From Acidimicrobiales bacterium (GTDB taxonomy: Bacteria; Actinomycetota; Acidimicrobiia; Acidimicrobiales; SZUA-35), in contig CBDCFR010000013.1 in assembly GCA_965216355.1 (NCBI GenBank), forward strand, positions 588,883 to 652,882: a DNA stretch of 64,000 nt. The letters run 5' to 3'. Shown here one piece after another: positions 8,876 to 18,712 of the stretch. Both the position numbers and the translations under genes were made by a program. Below the pieces are notes generated by a model. The model was given only the letters and a program-made list of their open reading frames with translations, made no database searches and was not told the DNA's origin. Numbering within the stretch: the stretch's first letter is position 1; the number at the start of each line of letters is the position of its first letter.

Positions 8876-9583
8876 TCATGCCGCCTCCTCGGACCAACCC
8901 TCGACTGGCGGGAGTACCTGGCGAAGGCGTTGCGCCCCTGGGCGCCGCTGCATGTCGGGCTCGTTGAGCCGTTGCCACGCCTCCTCCAGGGTGAACAGGT
9001 CGCGCTCGAAACAGTCGTTGAGAATGCGCTGCAGCTCACCGCCCCGGATGTCGGCGGCGATGTCGATCACCGTGCGAAGAGCGGTGGTACACGGAATACC
9101 GCGGATCTCGGTCTTGTCGCTCTCGGGAATATCGTCGAAGTGCACGATGACTTCCTGCCCATCGTCGAGCACCAGCCGAGCAGTGGGGCAACCGTTGCTA
9201 TCGACCCCGAGCGGCTCCAAATCGGGAATCGGTTCAGTGGCGTTACGCCCAATCACCACCTCAATAGGTGTGGTTGGCGCCGGGGACGATTGGACACGCC
9301 ACTCCAGATCCGGATCGAACTCGTCGAACCGGCAACCACACTCGCTGACAGGATTGAGGCACAGCGGACAGGCCTGAACATCACACTCAAGATGGTGAAG
9401 GCCACCGACCGCAACGCCACAGTCGGGGCATCGCCCCCACTGGCCCGACAACCCCGGACTCAACGGCCACCACGGTTCGTCGCCGGCCCGAACCATCTCG
9501 ATCACGTGGTCTCCGACATGAAGCGCCGCGACCGTGCACGAACGGCTCTCCAACATACTTTCACCGCACCAGAGGCACTTCAT
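8876..9583 (-). CDS. Cys-rich (three CxxC) protein with a C-terminal region resembling the N-terminal part of AbiEi/DUF559-type proteins
   Basis: The ORF runs up to 9790, but ATG 9583 is preceded by GGAGG at good spacing. The N-terminus is MKCLWCG...CPDCG...CPLC...CGC. The C-terminus is IRGIPCTTALRTVIDIAADIRGGELQRILNDCFERDLFTLEEAWQRLNEPDMQRRPGAQRLRQVL. Confidence 0.6.
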   Translation of the reverse strand: MKCLWCGESMLESRSCTVAALHVGDHVIEMVRAGDEPWWPLSPGLSGQWGRCPDCGVAVGGLHHLECDVQACPLCLNPVSECGCRFDEFDPDLEWRVQSSPAPTTPIEVVIGRNATEPIPDLEPLGVDSNGCPTARLVLDDGQEVIVHFDDIPESDKTEIRGIPCTTALRTVIDIAADIRGGELQRILNDCFERDLFTLEEAWQRLNEPDMQRRPGAQRLRQVLPPVEGWSEEAA

Positions 9584-9824
9584 GTGCGCACCTCCGCCCG
9601 AACCACAAAGTCGGCCGAGCTGACCGCTCGCAACTTGAAATGAAGCACATTGCCTCCTGAGAATCTTGAGGCCCAACCTTCGGGGCCGAGATATGGAGGA
9701 AGCCTTGGCTTCGAAACCCAGGAGCACGGTGCGCTTCTGTTCTTTCATCATGGCGATGGCCTGTGACAGGCAGCCGAGCGCGCCCACCACCCGTCGAGCT
9801 CAACCAAGCGAGCCCTTCAGCCTC

Positions 9825-10700
9825 CTATGCCGAAGCCGGGCGAGCGGTTGCCCACTCCACGCTCTCCCGTTCGCCCTGCAGGTAGGCGAGAAGGTCGCCG
9901 ATGGTCGGATCGCACTCGTCACGGCACATCACCCAGGCCATGAGACTGCTCGCCACCCGGCCGAGCAGGTCGGCCAGACTTTCATCGTCGGGCACGACCC
10001 CCAGCATCCGGTCGACCTGCAGCCCCTGCGACATCAGCGAGATGGCGGTCACGAAATCCGTTGGCGGCATATGAGGATCGGTCATCCGAATTCGCATCCG
10101 ACCGTACTGCCCCGACTCCATCGTCTTCAGCGCCTCCAGCGACGCCTCCAGCTCAACGCGGCGGAACTCACGCAGCGCAGCGACCGCCGCATCCCCGCCC
10201 CAATCGGTGTGACACAGCCACGTCACCAGATGGCAACCCCGAGCCGTGCGGGCATAGATATCCATGATGTTCACCGCCATGAGCTGCAGCCGAGTGGTGA
10301 GATCCTGCTCGTACTGGAGCAACGTCTGCCGCGCCCCCTCGTTGAATCGCTGGAGAAAGTCGGCCCGGTCGAGTTCCAGCACCTCAATGAAGATGGCGTA
10401 CCTCGCCTCCTCCAGCCGCTGCTTGAAGAACAGGGAAAGATCTTTCTCTGAAAACGCCCCCGGCACCCAACGATTGCGGCCACTCGGGTCACCCGACTCC
10501 CCGACCGCAGCCAACCGCATCTTGACCGACTGTTCGCCGGGCGGGAATTCCTGGCCCCGTCGCCCTTGTCTCTGCAAGCCCAGTACCGGGTAATCATCGG
10601 CGAGCAAAAGAGCGGCGAAAGCTCGAATAATGTCCTGATCCTTGAGGCGAAATCTATCAATGGTCTTGTATGTGGTTCTGGCGAGCATCCTTAACTCCAT
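9825..10700 (-). CDS. hypothetical protein (no recognisable family)
   Basis: A 291-aa ORF directly upstream of, and co-oriented with, 8876..9583. The composition is protein-like and there is an SD-like GGAG before the alternative ATG at 10688. It contains one Rx5H string (RTARGCH), which is too weak to call HEPN. Confidence 0.6.
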   Translation of the reverse strand: MELRMLARTTYKTIDRFRLKDQDIIRAFAALLLADDYPVLGLQRQGRRGQEFPPGEQSVKMRLAAVGESGDPSGRNRWVPGAFSEKDLSLFFKQRLEEARYAIFIEVLELDRADFLQRFNEGARQTLLQYEQDLTTRLQLMAVNIMDIYARTARGCHLVTWLCHTDWGGDAAVAALREFRRVELEASLEALKTMESGQYGRMRIRMTDPHMPPTDFVTAISLMSQGLQVDRMLGVVPDDESLADLLGRVASSLMAWVMCRDECDPTIGDLLAYLQGERESVEWATARPASA

Positions 10701-11006
10701 CCTTCCTGCTGGTTGAGGGTGCGTATGTGGTTGGTGATTCGCCGTTGAAAGACCAGATCGTACGTTGAGTGTCCCTTTTGGTTTGTGACTAGACGCCGCA
10801 GCGTTCCAACAACAGTACTAGCCACTGATCAGCGAATAAGGAGCAGTCTTCGCCAAAAAGTGTCGGCAAGACTCACGCCGCCTCCATAAGACTGTGACGC
10901 AAGTTGATTCGAGGGCATGCATCGCCAAGAGGCGGACATTCCATCGGTAAATATCAAAATTCGAACGACACCACTATCTATCGATCGTTCTCGAAGGGGT
11001 GACACA

Positions 11007-12314
11007 ATGTTGATTCATTCATTTCTTGATTTCCTTTCTCAACCATTTGGCGCATTCGGGTCCCTCTGCATCATGACGGCCATTACGGTGATCAACAGCC
11101 AACGGCTTACAAGTCGTTTGGCCTCAACCGGCGCACCCGTTGGTCTGATCTTCAACGTGGTATCGCTGCTTGGCGCTATCTCGCTGCTTATCAACGCCGT
11201 GGTCCGAGACGAGATCGTCTGGGTCATCCTTGAGGTATACGTTGGTGCCGTCGCCATCAAAGGAATCCGGCAGGCCATAGAGGGCGAGGAACCAACGCCA
11301 ACCGATGGGCTCGACAATCCGCCGCCACCGGTCCCTCCACCCGGCCTGACCTCACCCACTGTTCCCACCGCCCCTGTCGGTCCCTTGCCACTCCATCCGC
11401 CGACGACGACTGCGCTACGGCTAGGACGCGGTCGGCAGAGGGCGTTAGTTGTGGTCCCGGGACTGTCGTTGGACGCAAACGGAGCCTGGGCTTCCGCTGC
11501 GTACAGCTCGCTCCGTCGGGGATTTGAGCATCTTGTCGAGACCGACCCCAACCTACGTGTCCACCTGATCGAACACGGCGACGCCGCCACCCAAGTAGTG
11601 CCGTCGGTCAAAACGTTGTGCGAGAGGATCGATGCCGAACTCGCCGCCCTCCGACGAACCGGTATTGATGAGGTGGTGCTGGTCGGGTTCTCACTTGGAG
11701 CGCACGGCGTCTTCACCTATCTCAACAACATCGATCGCCGCCCGTCGCTGTCGTGGCTGGCGATCAACCCGGTATCAGCCGCCGACATGCTCTGCGGAAT
11801 GTTGGGTCTGGCCACGCCGGGTGAAGACGGTCGCCAGCCTGATCCACTCCATGCTGTGGCCTCATGGTGGGCTTCCAAAGACCGTGGGCACGGTCTTGAC
11901 GCTGTGGTCGATCTCAGCCTGGGCGCCGACATCGTCCTCCCTGTATCGGCCTCCACCATCGCCTCCTACCTGCCTGGCCCGCTTGGCGTGCAAGGGTGCA
12001 CCATCGACCCCATCGGCGACCTGCTTGACGCCATGGTCAGACTCGAAGCCGGCAGCCTCGGCCTGACGGCTTGCCCAGGATGGACCTACGGATTTCCGCG
12101 CTCACCGGGCCGAGTGATCCTCGCCCGACGAGATCGACTCGTCGATCCCATCTACCGCCGGCTCGGTGTCGACGCCGACACTATTGGCTCCGCCCTCGAT
12201 GCCATCGGCATTCCAAACGTTGTCATCAACAGTGACCACAACCTCTCCGACCTGGCCCCTGATGCGGTCGCCGGTCTCGTCCGCCGCTCCACCTCGGTGC
12301 CCCAACTGGTCTGA
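11007..12314 (+). CDS. membrane-anchored alpha/beta-hydrolase-fold protein
   Basis: Start ATG 11007 is preceded by AAGGGG; the ORF extends upstream to 10917. It has N-terminal TM helices, a Pro-rich linker (PPPPVPPPGLTSPTVPTAPVGPLPLHPP), then a nucleophile elbow VVLVGFSLGAHG (GxSxG). Confidence 0.7.
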   Translation: MLIHSFLDFLSQPFGAFGSLCIMTAITVINSQRLTSRLASTGAPVGLIFNVVSLLGAISLLINAVVRDEIVWVILEVYVGAVAIKGIRQAIEGEEPTPTDGLDNPPPPVPPPGLTSPTVPTAPVGPLPLHPPTTTALRLGRGRQRALVVVPGLSLDANGAWASAAYSSLRRGFEHLVETDPNLRVHLIEHGDAATQVVPSVKTLCERIDAELAALRRTGIDEVVLVGFSLGAHGVFTYLNNIDRRPSLSWLAINPVSAADMLCGMLGLATPGEDGRQPDPLHAVASWWASKDRGHGLDAVVDLSLGADIVLPVSASTIASYLPGPLGVQGCTIDPIGDLLDAMVRLEAGSLGLTACPGWTYGFPRSPGRVILARRDRLVDPIYRRLGVDADTIGSALDAIGIPNVVINSDHNLSDLAPDAVAGLVRRSTSVPQLV

Positions 12315-12430
12315 CCGACGCGCCGCTGCTTGGAGGGAGCGGCGCAATCAGTCGGTCGGTCAGTGGGTACCGGGGTCGGAGCGGACCAAGGCGCACGTCG
12401 ACTACCTGCACACCTTCGTAGAATGAGCGT

Positions 12431-13444
12431 GTGACCTCGGCGCCCACCCCAACCCCACACGAGTTGTCGGTTCCCGTCATCGACCTGGCCGCGACCGCCG
12501 GCGCGTCGAGCGTCGATGAGGTGGCCGATGCCGCCACAAACTTCGGCTTCTTCCAGGTGGTCAATCACGGCTTGCCCGACGAGTTGGTCGAGCGGGTCTG
12601 GAGCCAAACCGAAGCATTCTTCGCCATGCCGATGGACGCGAAACGGGCGCTCAACCGCTCCAAGGACAACACCCGCGGCTACTACGACCGGGAGCTCACC
12701 AAAAACCGTCGAGACCTAAAAGAGGTGCTCGACCTCGCCCACGTGCCCTATCCCGATGCCGCCGATGACGACCCTCGCAACTTCCACGCCGTCGACGGCG
12801 TAAACCAGTGGCCCGACCTCGATGCGTTCCGCAGCACGATGATCGAATACCTCGCCGCCTGCGAGAACCTCGCGCTTCGCCTGCTGGCCATGTTCAGCGA
12901 AGCGCTGGGTGAGGCGCCCGATCGACTCCACCGCCACTTCGGGCCCGACCACACCAGTTTCGTTCGACTCAACTACTACCCCACATCCGATCCGCTGACC
13001 GCCGAAGAGGCGTCCGCCCCCGACGTCACACCTCTAGGCGACATGGCCCTCCACCATCACTCCGACGCCGGCGCGATGACGCTGCTGTTGCAGGATCAGG
13101 TCGGTGGACTGCAGGTTTTGGTCGGCGACACGTGGATTGACGTCGAGCCGATTCCCGGCGCCATCGTGGTCAACTTCGGCGACATGATGCAGGTGTGGTC
13201 CAACGACCGGTTCAAGGCCGCTCTGCACCGAGTAGCGCCCCGGACCACGCAAGCCCGCTACTCGTTGCCGTACTTCTTCAACCCGTCGTACAACACCGAC
13301 TACGCGCCACTACCCGGTGCCGTCGCCGCCGGTGAGCAGCCGCACTACCGCACTATCAACTGGGGCGACTTCCGCCAAGCGCGGGCCGACGGCGACTTCG
13401 CCGACTACGGCCACGAGATTCAGATCGCCGACTTCAGACTGTAA
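12431..13444 (+). CDS. 2-oxoglutarate/Fe(II)-dependent oxygenase (isopenicillin-N-synthase-like family)
   Basis: It has the N-terminal DIOX_N signature NFGFFQVVNHGLPDELV...FFAMPMDAK. The catalytic core reads HHHSDAGAMTLLLQDQVGGLQV...WIDVEPIPGAIVVNFGDMMQVWSNDRFKAALHRV (HxD...H plus RxS-type region). Confidence 0.9.
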   Translation: MTSAPTPTPHELSVPVIDLAATAGASSVDEVADAATNFGFFQVVNHGLPDELVERVWSQTEAFFAMPMDAKRALNRSKDNTRGYYDRELTKNRRDLKEVLDLAHVPYPDAADDDPRNFHAVDGVNQWPDLDAFRSTMIEYLAACENLALRLLAMFSEALGEAPDRLHRHFGPDHTSFVRLNYYPTSDPLTAEEASAPDVTPLGDMALHHHSDAGAMTLLLQDQVGGLQVLVGDTWIDVEPIPGAIVVNFGDMMQVWSNDRFKAALHRVAPRTTQARYSLPYFFNPSYNTDYAPLPGAVAAGEQPHYRTINWGDFRQARADGDFADYGHEIQIADFRL

Positions 13445-13489
13445 GCCTCGCCGTAAACCCTCACCGCAAACCTCGCCGCAACCCCGCAG

Positions 13490-14686
13490 GTGGGCATCGA
13501 CCCGAAGCCGAACCTGTACCTTGAGTCGGTGCAGTCGCCGTTACGGGTTGTCTCCCTTCTTCGACCGAACGTCCGCATCGCCATCGTGGTGGCGGTGGTG
13601 GTCACCACGTTCGTGTTTACGGCGACCCCGTTTCTCATCGATTTGGTGGCCGACGAGTACGGCTACGGGCTGACGATCACCTCGCTGGTCAGCACGGGTC
13701 AGTTGCTCGGGTTTGCCGTCGGATCCTTCGGCGCCGGGCGTCGACTCCACCCGACCAAGTCGCTGTTCGTGGCCGCGTCCACCCTCCTGGTAGTGGCCAA
13801 CACCTTCTCCGCCCTCGTGCCCCCGTTTGCCGTTCTCGTGGCCCTGCGAGTTGCCGCCGGACTAGGTATGGGAATCGTCAGTTGGTTGGGTTGGTCGCTC
13901 GTGATGGGGCACACCCGACGCACCGCCGAGATGTCGATGCTCGGACCGCTGGCCGGGATCATCGCCAGCCCCCTCATAGCACCACTCGCGGAGATCGGCA
14001 TCGGCCAGGTCTACGGTTTCCTCGCCGCCCTCGCGCTCGCCCAGGCGGCGGCGCCGATCATCCTCCCGCAGACGCTTGACAAGCTGCCCGACTTCAACCC
14101 CAACGCCAACGGCGCTGCCAACGGCTCGGCCCCAGCCACCAAGTCCTCCGCCCCCGCAGCCCGCCAAGCCGTCATCATCCTCGCCGCCCTCGGCGTGTTC
14201 ACCGCGGGGGGTTCGTCGGTGTTTGTGTTCACCGCCTTGATCGGCGCTGACCTCGGCGTCTCCCTGGGCGCAATCTCGATCGCCTACAGCGTCAACTCCA
14301 TCGCCGGCGTAATCGGTGCTCGCTGGCCATTCAACCGAGGTCCCGCCGGCGCCGGAATCATCGCCACCGGAATCGTCGCCGTCCTCACGATCAGCCTCGG
14401 TTCCAAGCTGCTGCTACTCGCCGGCATCATCACCTGGGGCCTCTTCTTCTGGATCGGTATGCCCGCCGCGCTCAACCTCCTGGCCGAGCGATCACGCTTC
14501 CCCGAAGAGCGAGCCGGGGATGCTCAGGCGATCATGGCGTTCGGACGAGTGGTCGGCCCGTTCGTGGGCGGAGCGCTACTCGATCTCGGCGGCCCCGGAC
14601 CGCTCGGCATCATCGGCGGGGCGGCCATCATCGGGGCTGGGCTGACGATCCTCGGCGTCAGCCGCGCTCCGAACCCGATCGGCTAA
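13490..14686 (+). CDS. MFS-type transporter
   Basis: A 398-aa protein with about 12 hydrophobic segments arranged as two halves separated by a polar loop (PDFNPNANGAANGSAPATKSSAPAARQ). It has an MFS loop-like GAGRRLHPTKS after TM2. Confidence 0.8.
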   Translation: MGIDPKPNLYLESVQSPLRVVSLLRPNVRIAIVVAVVVTTFVFTATPFLIDLVADEYGYGLTITSLVSTGQLLGFAVGSFGAGRRLHPTKSLFVAASTLLVVANTFSALVPPFAVLVALRVAAGLGMGIVSWLGWSLVMGHTRRTAEMSMLGPLAGIIASPLIAPLAEIGIGQVYGFLAALALAQAAAPIILPQTLDKLPDFNPNANGAANGSAPATKSSAPAARQAVIILAALGVFTAGGSSVFVFTALIGADLGVSLGAISIAYSVNSIAGVIGARWPFNRGPAGAGIIATGIVAVLTISLGSKLLLLAGIITWGLFFWIGMPAALNLLAERSRFPEERAGDAQAIMAFGRVVGPFVGGALLDLGGPGPLGIIGGAAIIGAGLTILGVSRAPNPIG

Positions 14687-14826
14687 AGACCCGCAAAAAT
14701 TTCTGCACTGAGCGTACCGTTCCCGGCTTCGGCGGCGTCTCTTCCTGGAGCGGACGACACAGCGTGGTGGTTGAAACGTCCGCCATCAAACATATTCAGT
14801 GGCAATCAGAAATTCGGAGGGAACCT

Positions 14827-15564
14827 ATGAGCCACAATACCGACCTAGTCGGGCTGCTTTACGCGCCCCTCGTGACCGAGGCACGAGAACAATACACCTC
14901 GACACCGGCATGGAAACGCTTGACCGATCCTCAAGCAACTCCAGCGTTCATCGACCGATTCCTCATCGAGTTCTGCTCGATGGGCGTGCAGATGACCGAA
15001 CCGGTGGACCGCTGGATCAGATCCGCCGGCTGGCGGTGCCGCGAACTCGGCCTCGATGATCTCGGCCAGGCACTCATCCGTCACGCCGACCACGAAGCCG
15101 GTCACCATCACATGATGATCAACGACACGAAGGCATTGGTCGACGTGTGGAACAGCACCCATCGCCGTGATACAGGAGTGGAACTGCACGTCGACGAGCT
15201 GCTCGACCGCGCTCCCACGCCGGGGTGCGAGGCCTACATCAAGCTCCACGAGGAGACGATCGCGTCCACCGCCCCGTGGGGGCAGCTGGGGATCGAGTAT
15301 GAGATCGAGCGTCTGTCGATCACGGCAGGCCCCACCATCATGGCCAACGTCGCCGCGATATGTGGTCCGGAACGAGTGCAGTCGCTCTCATTCCTCACCG
15401 ACCACATCGCGCTTGACGAAGGCCATACGGTGTTCAACCGTCGTCAACTCAATGAGCTGCTGGCCGAATATCCCGAGATGGTCGAGGATCTTGGTCGATG
15501 CGGATCCGAAGCGCTTGACACCCACGGGCGATTCATCTCCGACTGCGTGGAGGCCGCGTTATGA
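14827..15564 (+). CDS. heme-oxygenase-like di-iron oxidase/oxygenase family protein (iron-containing redox enzyme family)
   Basis: ATG 14827 is preceded by GGAGGG; the ORF extends upstream to 14764. The sequence looks all-helical with spaced carboxylate/His ligand motifs (HADHEAGHHH; EYEIERL; HIALDEGH), as in HDO/Haem_oxygenase_2-type enzymes. Confidence 0.6.
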   Translation: MSHNTDLVGLLYAPLVTEAREQYTSTPAWKRLTDPQATPAFIDRFLIEFCSMGVQMTEPVDRWIRSAGWRCRELGLDDLGQALIRHADHEAGHHHMMINDTKALVDVWNSTHRRDTGVELHVDELLDRAPTPGCEAYIKLHEETIASTAPWGQLGIEYEIERLSITAGPTIMANVAAICGPERVQSLSFLTDHIALDEGHTVFNRRQLNELLAEYPEMVEDLGRCGSEALDTHGRFISDCVEAAL

Positions 15565-16115
15565 CCATCGAAATCAGACTGGCCGCCAACGATCGCGAGC
15601 TGCGGGAAGCCTTCGCGCTTCGCCACCGCACGTTTGTAGGCGAGGGCATCCTGCATCGCGAAAACGGCACCGACTCACTCCTGTTCGACGTGTTCGACGC
15701 CCTGCCGACCTCGCACGTGTTTGTAGCGGTCCTCGACAAAACCGTCATCGGCACGGTCCGAGTTTCGGTGCACACCGATCAACCGTCGCCGGCCGACGAG
15801 TTCGACGTGCCCGCGCACGCCCTTCCCGCCGGGGTTACGGTCGGGTCCGGTTCGATGTTATGCGTCGACAGCGCTTACCGAACCGGGACGATCGGGCTTC
15901 GGTTGGTAAAGGCCGGCATGAAGTTCGTGCATCGCCAAGGCACCAGCTACGCCCTGGCTGCGATCCGCCCCGAAGCCGTTCCACTGTTTGAGCAGCTCGA
16001 CTGGTATCAGATCGCTGACGCCTACGTGCACGAGATCGAGAACGTGCCCGTGGTACCGATGGCGATCGACCTCGACGCCCATTTCACCAGCCAATACACG
16101 ACCCTGGGCCGATGA
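15561..16115 (+). CDS. GNAT-fold acyltransferase resembling N-acyl amino acid synthase / autoinducer-synthase-like (Acetyltransf_5) proteins
   Basis: It overlaps the previous gene by ATGA. The N-terminus is RELREAFALRHRTFVGEGILHRENGTDSLLFDVFD...HVFVAVLDKTVIGTVRV, followed by ML CVDSAYRTGTIGLRLV. This matches the pattern of the FeeM/OlsB-like GNAT subfamily. Confidence 0.6.
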   Translation: MTIEIRLAANDRELREAFALRHRTFVGEGILHRENGTDSLLFDVFDALPTSHVFVAVLDKTVIGTVRVSVHTDQPSPADEFDVPAHALPAGVTVGSGSMLCVDSAYRTGTIGLRLVKAGMKFVHRQGTSYALAAIRPEAVPLFEQLDWYQIADAYVHEIENVPVVPMAIDLDAHFTSQYTTLGR

Positions 16116-16150
16116 TGATCCAAGTGAATCCACGGTGAGTGGACGAAGGG

Positions 16151-18712
16151 TTATCCGCGCCCAAATAGAGAGAATCCTGATGCCAGCGTCCACCTCTGTT
16201 TATCCGACTCGCCGACAGCAGCTGCCCAAGCCGTGCTCGGCGGGTCACCCCGGCGGTGGCGGACGTGGAAGTCGGCCATCAGATCTGTGAGGGTCGCAGT
16301 GTCCGGCACAGGCACCGCGGCCGCCAGCACGGTGCCAACCCCGGCGTTGAGCAGAGCGGTTACGAGTCCGAGTGTCTGGTTGCCGTCAGCACCACCGGTT
16401 TCGCCAACATCACAGGCCGACAGAACCAACAGCTTCGGCGGCGTCGTGAGACTCTGCAACTCGTATACGTCGAGGCTTCGGTCGTAAAACTGCAAGCTCG
16501 AAAACATGGGGCTTTCGGGCTGGGCGATGCCATGAGTGGCGAGGTGGGCAACATCAACTTCGTTGAGCGCGGCCAAGACCTTTTCGGCAGTGGCGTCTCG
16601 ACCGGCCAAAACTATGTCGTCGGGGATCGCCAATGACTCCACCTCGAGAGATGCTGTTTCGGTCGCGGGGCCACTGGCCATCAAGCGGCGGTGACGTTGC
16701 GGCCCGACCTGTGCGGTGTCGCCGCCGTCGACCCATGCGGTTAGGCTCGTGGCCGTTGTAGTGGAGTGGTTGGGCTTCGACGGGCAGCGACTTGGCAAGG
16801 ACGCGAACGGAAGCGCGAACAGATCGGGAGGTGGCACGATAACCACGTCGACTCCGTCGACTCCCAGCGGTTCGAAAATGATCTGATCAAGTCGCTCCAG
16901 CTCCGCCAGCACGCGGTCGGGGCGGACCCCGGAGGCGTCCTGAGCCCATCGTCGCTGGGCTTGTCGCAATGCTCGTACCCGCCGCTCCACGTAGTCGATC
17001 GGCCCAAGATCCACCCGCGCTACCGATCCAGCCTCGAACCGGCAGACCGTTAACTGGTCGTCGACTCGCCCCATCACGAGTCCAACTCGGTCGCCTAACG
17101 CCTCGCTGAGTCGGTCGACGCTGGCTTGCGTCGGAGCCCGGTGCCCTCTTTGGCTTGCCAACGTCTTGCTCTGGATGAGATCCTCCAGCTGTTGGCGGTC
17201 AGCGCGGCTAAGCCCCCGCGAGCGCAGACGGGTTCGCGCCGAAGTTAGATCAGCCTGAGCAGGGACTTGGGCCGGCCGGGGGAACGTTGTGACCAGGGCG
17301 ATTCGCTCAAACCACTCAAACAGGTTCAACGGCGACTGCGTGTTGGCACTGGCGGCAACCGTCAAGTCGGCCAGCCGCCGGGCGTGGCGATGGATACCGG
17401 TTCTGATCTCAGGAGAGCCGACCGCGGCCTGGGATTCCAACACCGCTTCGAAACCCGAATCCGCAGTGCGCAACAGCCCTTCCGCATCGCCCTTGGCGGA
17501 CATCACCTCTGCTGATGCGGTTGCGATGGCGAGGCGCTGGCTGACCGCATCGACGGCAAACGTATCGTTCGTACGTTGCAGCTCGGTCTCAGCTTCCTTG
17601 ATATCTCCTTGTCGGGCCAACACCCGGACCTTCAACAATCGGGCCTCCAGCTGGTGTTGATCCATTCCTGCGGCATCCAATCGTGGAAGCAGCGAATCCA
17701 ATTCGGAAAGTTCCGGCACAACACCCATGTCGAATTGCGCACGGAGCTGGATTAGCCGGGCCACGTCATCCCAGCCCCTTCGGCCCTGCTGCCGGAACGC
17801 ATCAGCCGATTGACGACCTCGGGACACGGCGAGTTCGTACTGCGCCACCTCAAGCCACGCGGCCGCGGCGATGACAAGCGTTTCGGCAGCGTCGGCCTTC
17901 ATCCCGGCCTCGATGCACTGAACTGCCGCCTCGTCGGCAATCCTGGCCGCTTCGCTGAACATGCCGGCTCTCATCAGAGCATCGCAGTAGCTTCGTTTGA
18001 ATTCGAAGTCGCTGTCGGTTCGGTTTACGAGTTCGACGCTGCTTTCGTTGAACAGCTGAAAGGCCTCAGGCAGCTGGTCGGACTTGGCCGCCGCGATAGC
18101 CAGGTTGAGTTTCACCCACGCGGAGTCGATGGCGTTTCCCATCGCGACGTACAGCTCAAGGGCGCGACTGAAGTGAACCGTTGCCGAGATGTGATCGTCG
18201 CGTTGGGCCGCCATCATCCCGGCGGAACGTTCAACCATTGCCAACAGCACGTCGTCGCCTTCGGCGAGCGCGGTGTGTCGGGCTTGATCGAATTTGTTCT
18301 GAGCCTCCTCGGTCGCCCCTGACCGGGCCAAGATCAAGCCATGCTGGTAGCCGACTCGCCCGGCCAAGGACTTGTCGTCGCCGGCGTCGATCGATGTGAT
18401 GACCTCCAGTGCGGCCGAGGTGTCGCCGCCCAAGAAGAGATTGTATGCGTGGGTCATTTGAGCCTCGGCCAACCTCGCTGCGGAGCCTGATTGTGAGGCT
18501 GCATCGACGGCCTGGCGGGAGAGCTCGGTCGCCCTCTCGGGTTTGGCTGCAACTCGGGCGGCCAAGCTTGCATGGCGTAGAACGCCGGCCCGGACCTCTG
18601 GATCCGCCTGGGCGTCCGGATGGCCTAGGTAGTCATCCAGCGACGACAGAGCGGCCGTCGGCGATGCTTCGTAGGCAGCCTGAAACCTCGCAACCAGACC
18701 GATCCCATCCAT
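16151..18712 (-). CDS. TPR-repeat CHAT-domain (caspase-like) protease
   Basis: An 853-aa protein. The N-terminal ~500 aa is helical-repeat (TPR-like). The C-terminal CHAT domain has a His/Cys dyad context (VAHLATHGIAQPESP ... KLLVLSACDVGE) and the tail LGLVTALLNAGVGTVLAAAVPVPD. Confidence 0.85.
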   Translation of the reverse strand: MDGIGLVARFQAAYEASPTAALSSLDDYLGHPDAQADPEVRAGVLRHASLAARVAAKPERATELSRQAVDAASQSGSAARLAEAQMTHAYNLFLGGDTSAALEVITSIDAGDDKSLAGRVGYQHGLILARSGATEEAQNKFDQARHTALAEGDDVLLAMVERSAGMMAAQRDDHISATVHFSRALELYVAMGNAIDSAWVKLNLAIAAAKSDQLPEAFQLFNESSVELVNRTDSDFEFKRSYCDALMRAGMFSEAARIADEAAVQCIEAGMKADAAETLVIAAAAWLEVAQYELAVSRGRQSADAFRQQGRRGWDDVARLIQLRAQFDMGVVPELSELDSLLPRLDAAGMDQHQLEARLLKVRVLARQGDIKEAETELQRTNDTFAVDAVSQRLAIATASAEVMSAKGDAEGLLRTADSGFEAVLESQAAVGSPEIRTGIHRHARRLADLTVAASANTQSPLNLFEWFERIALVTTFPRPAQVPAQADLTSARTRLRSRGLSRADRQQLEDLIQSKTLASQRGHRAPTQASVDRLSEALGDRVGLVMGRVDDQLTVCRFEAGSVARVDLGPIDYVERRVRALRQAQRRWAQDASGVRPDRVLAELERLDQIIFEPLGVDGVDVVIVPPPDLFALPFASLPSRCPSKPNHSTTTATSLTAWVDGGDTAQVGPQRHRRLMASGPATETASLEVESLAIPDDIVLAGRDATAEKVLAALNEVDVAHLATHGIAQPESPMFSSLQFYDRSLDVYELQSLTTPPKLLVLSACDVGETGGADGNQTLGLVTALLNAGVGTVLAAAVPVPDTATLTDLMADFHVRHRRGDPPSTAWAAAVGESDKQRWTLASGFSLFGRG

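Noticed and set aside
9584-9790. 69-codon N-terminal extension of ORF 8876..9790
   Set aside because: The internal ATG 9583 has a near-perfect GGAGG at proper spacing and begins the Cys-rich domain. The extension is basic and low-complexity.
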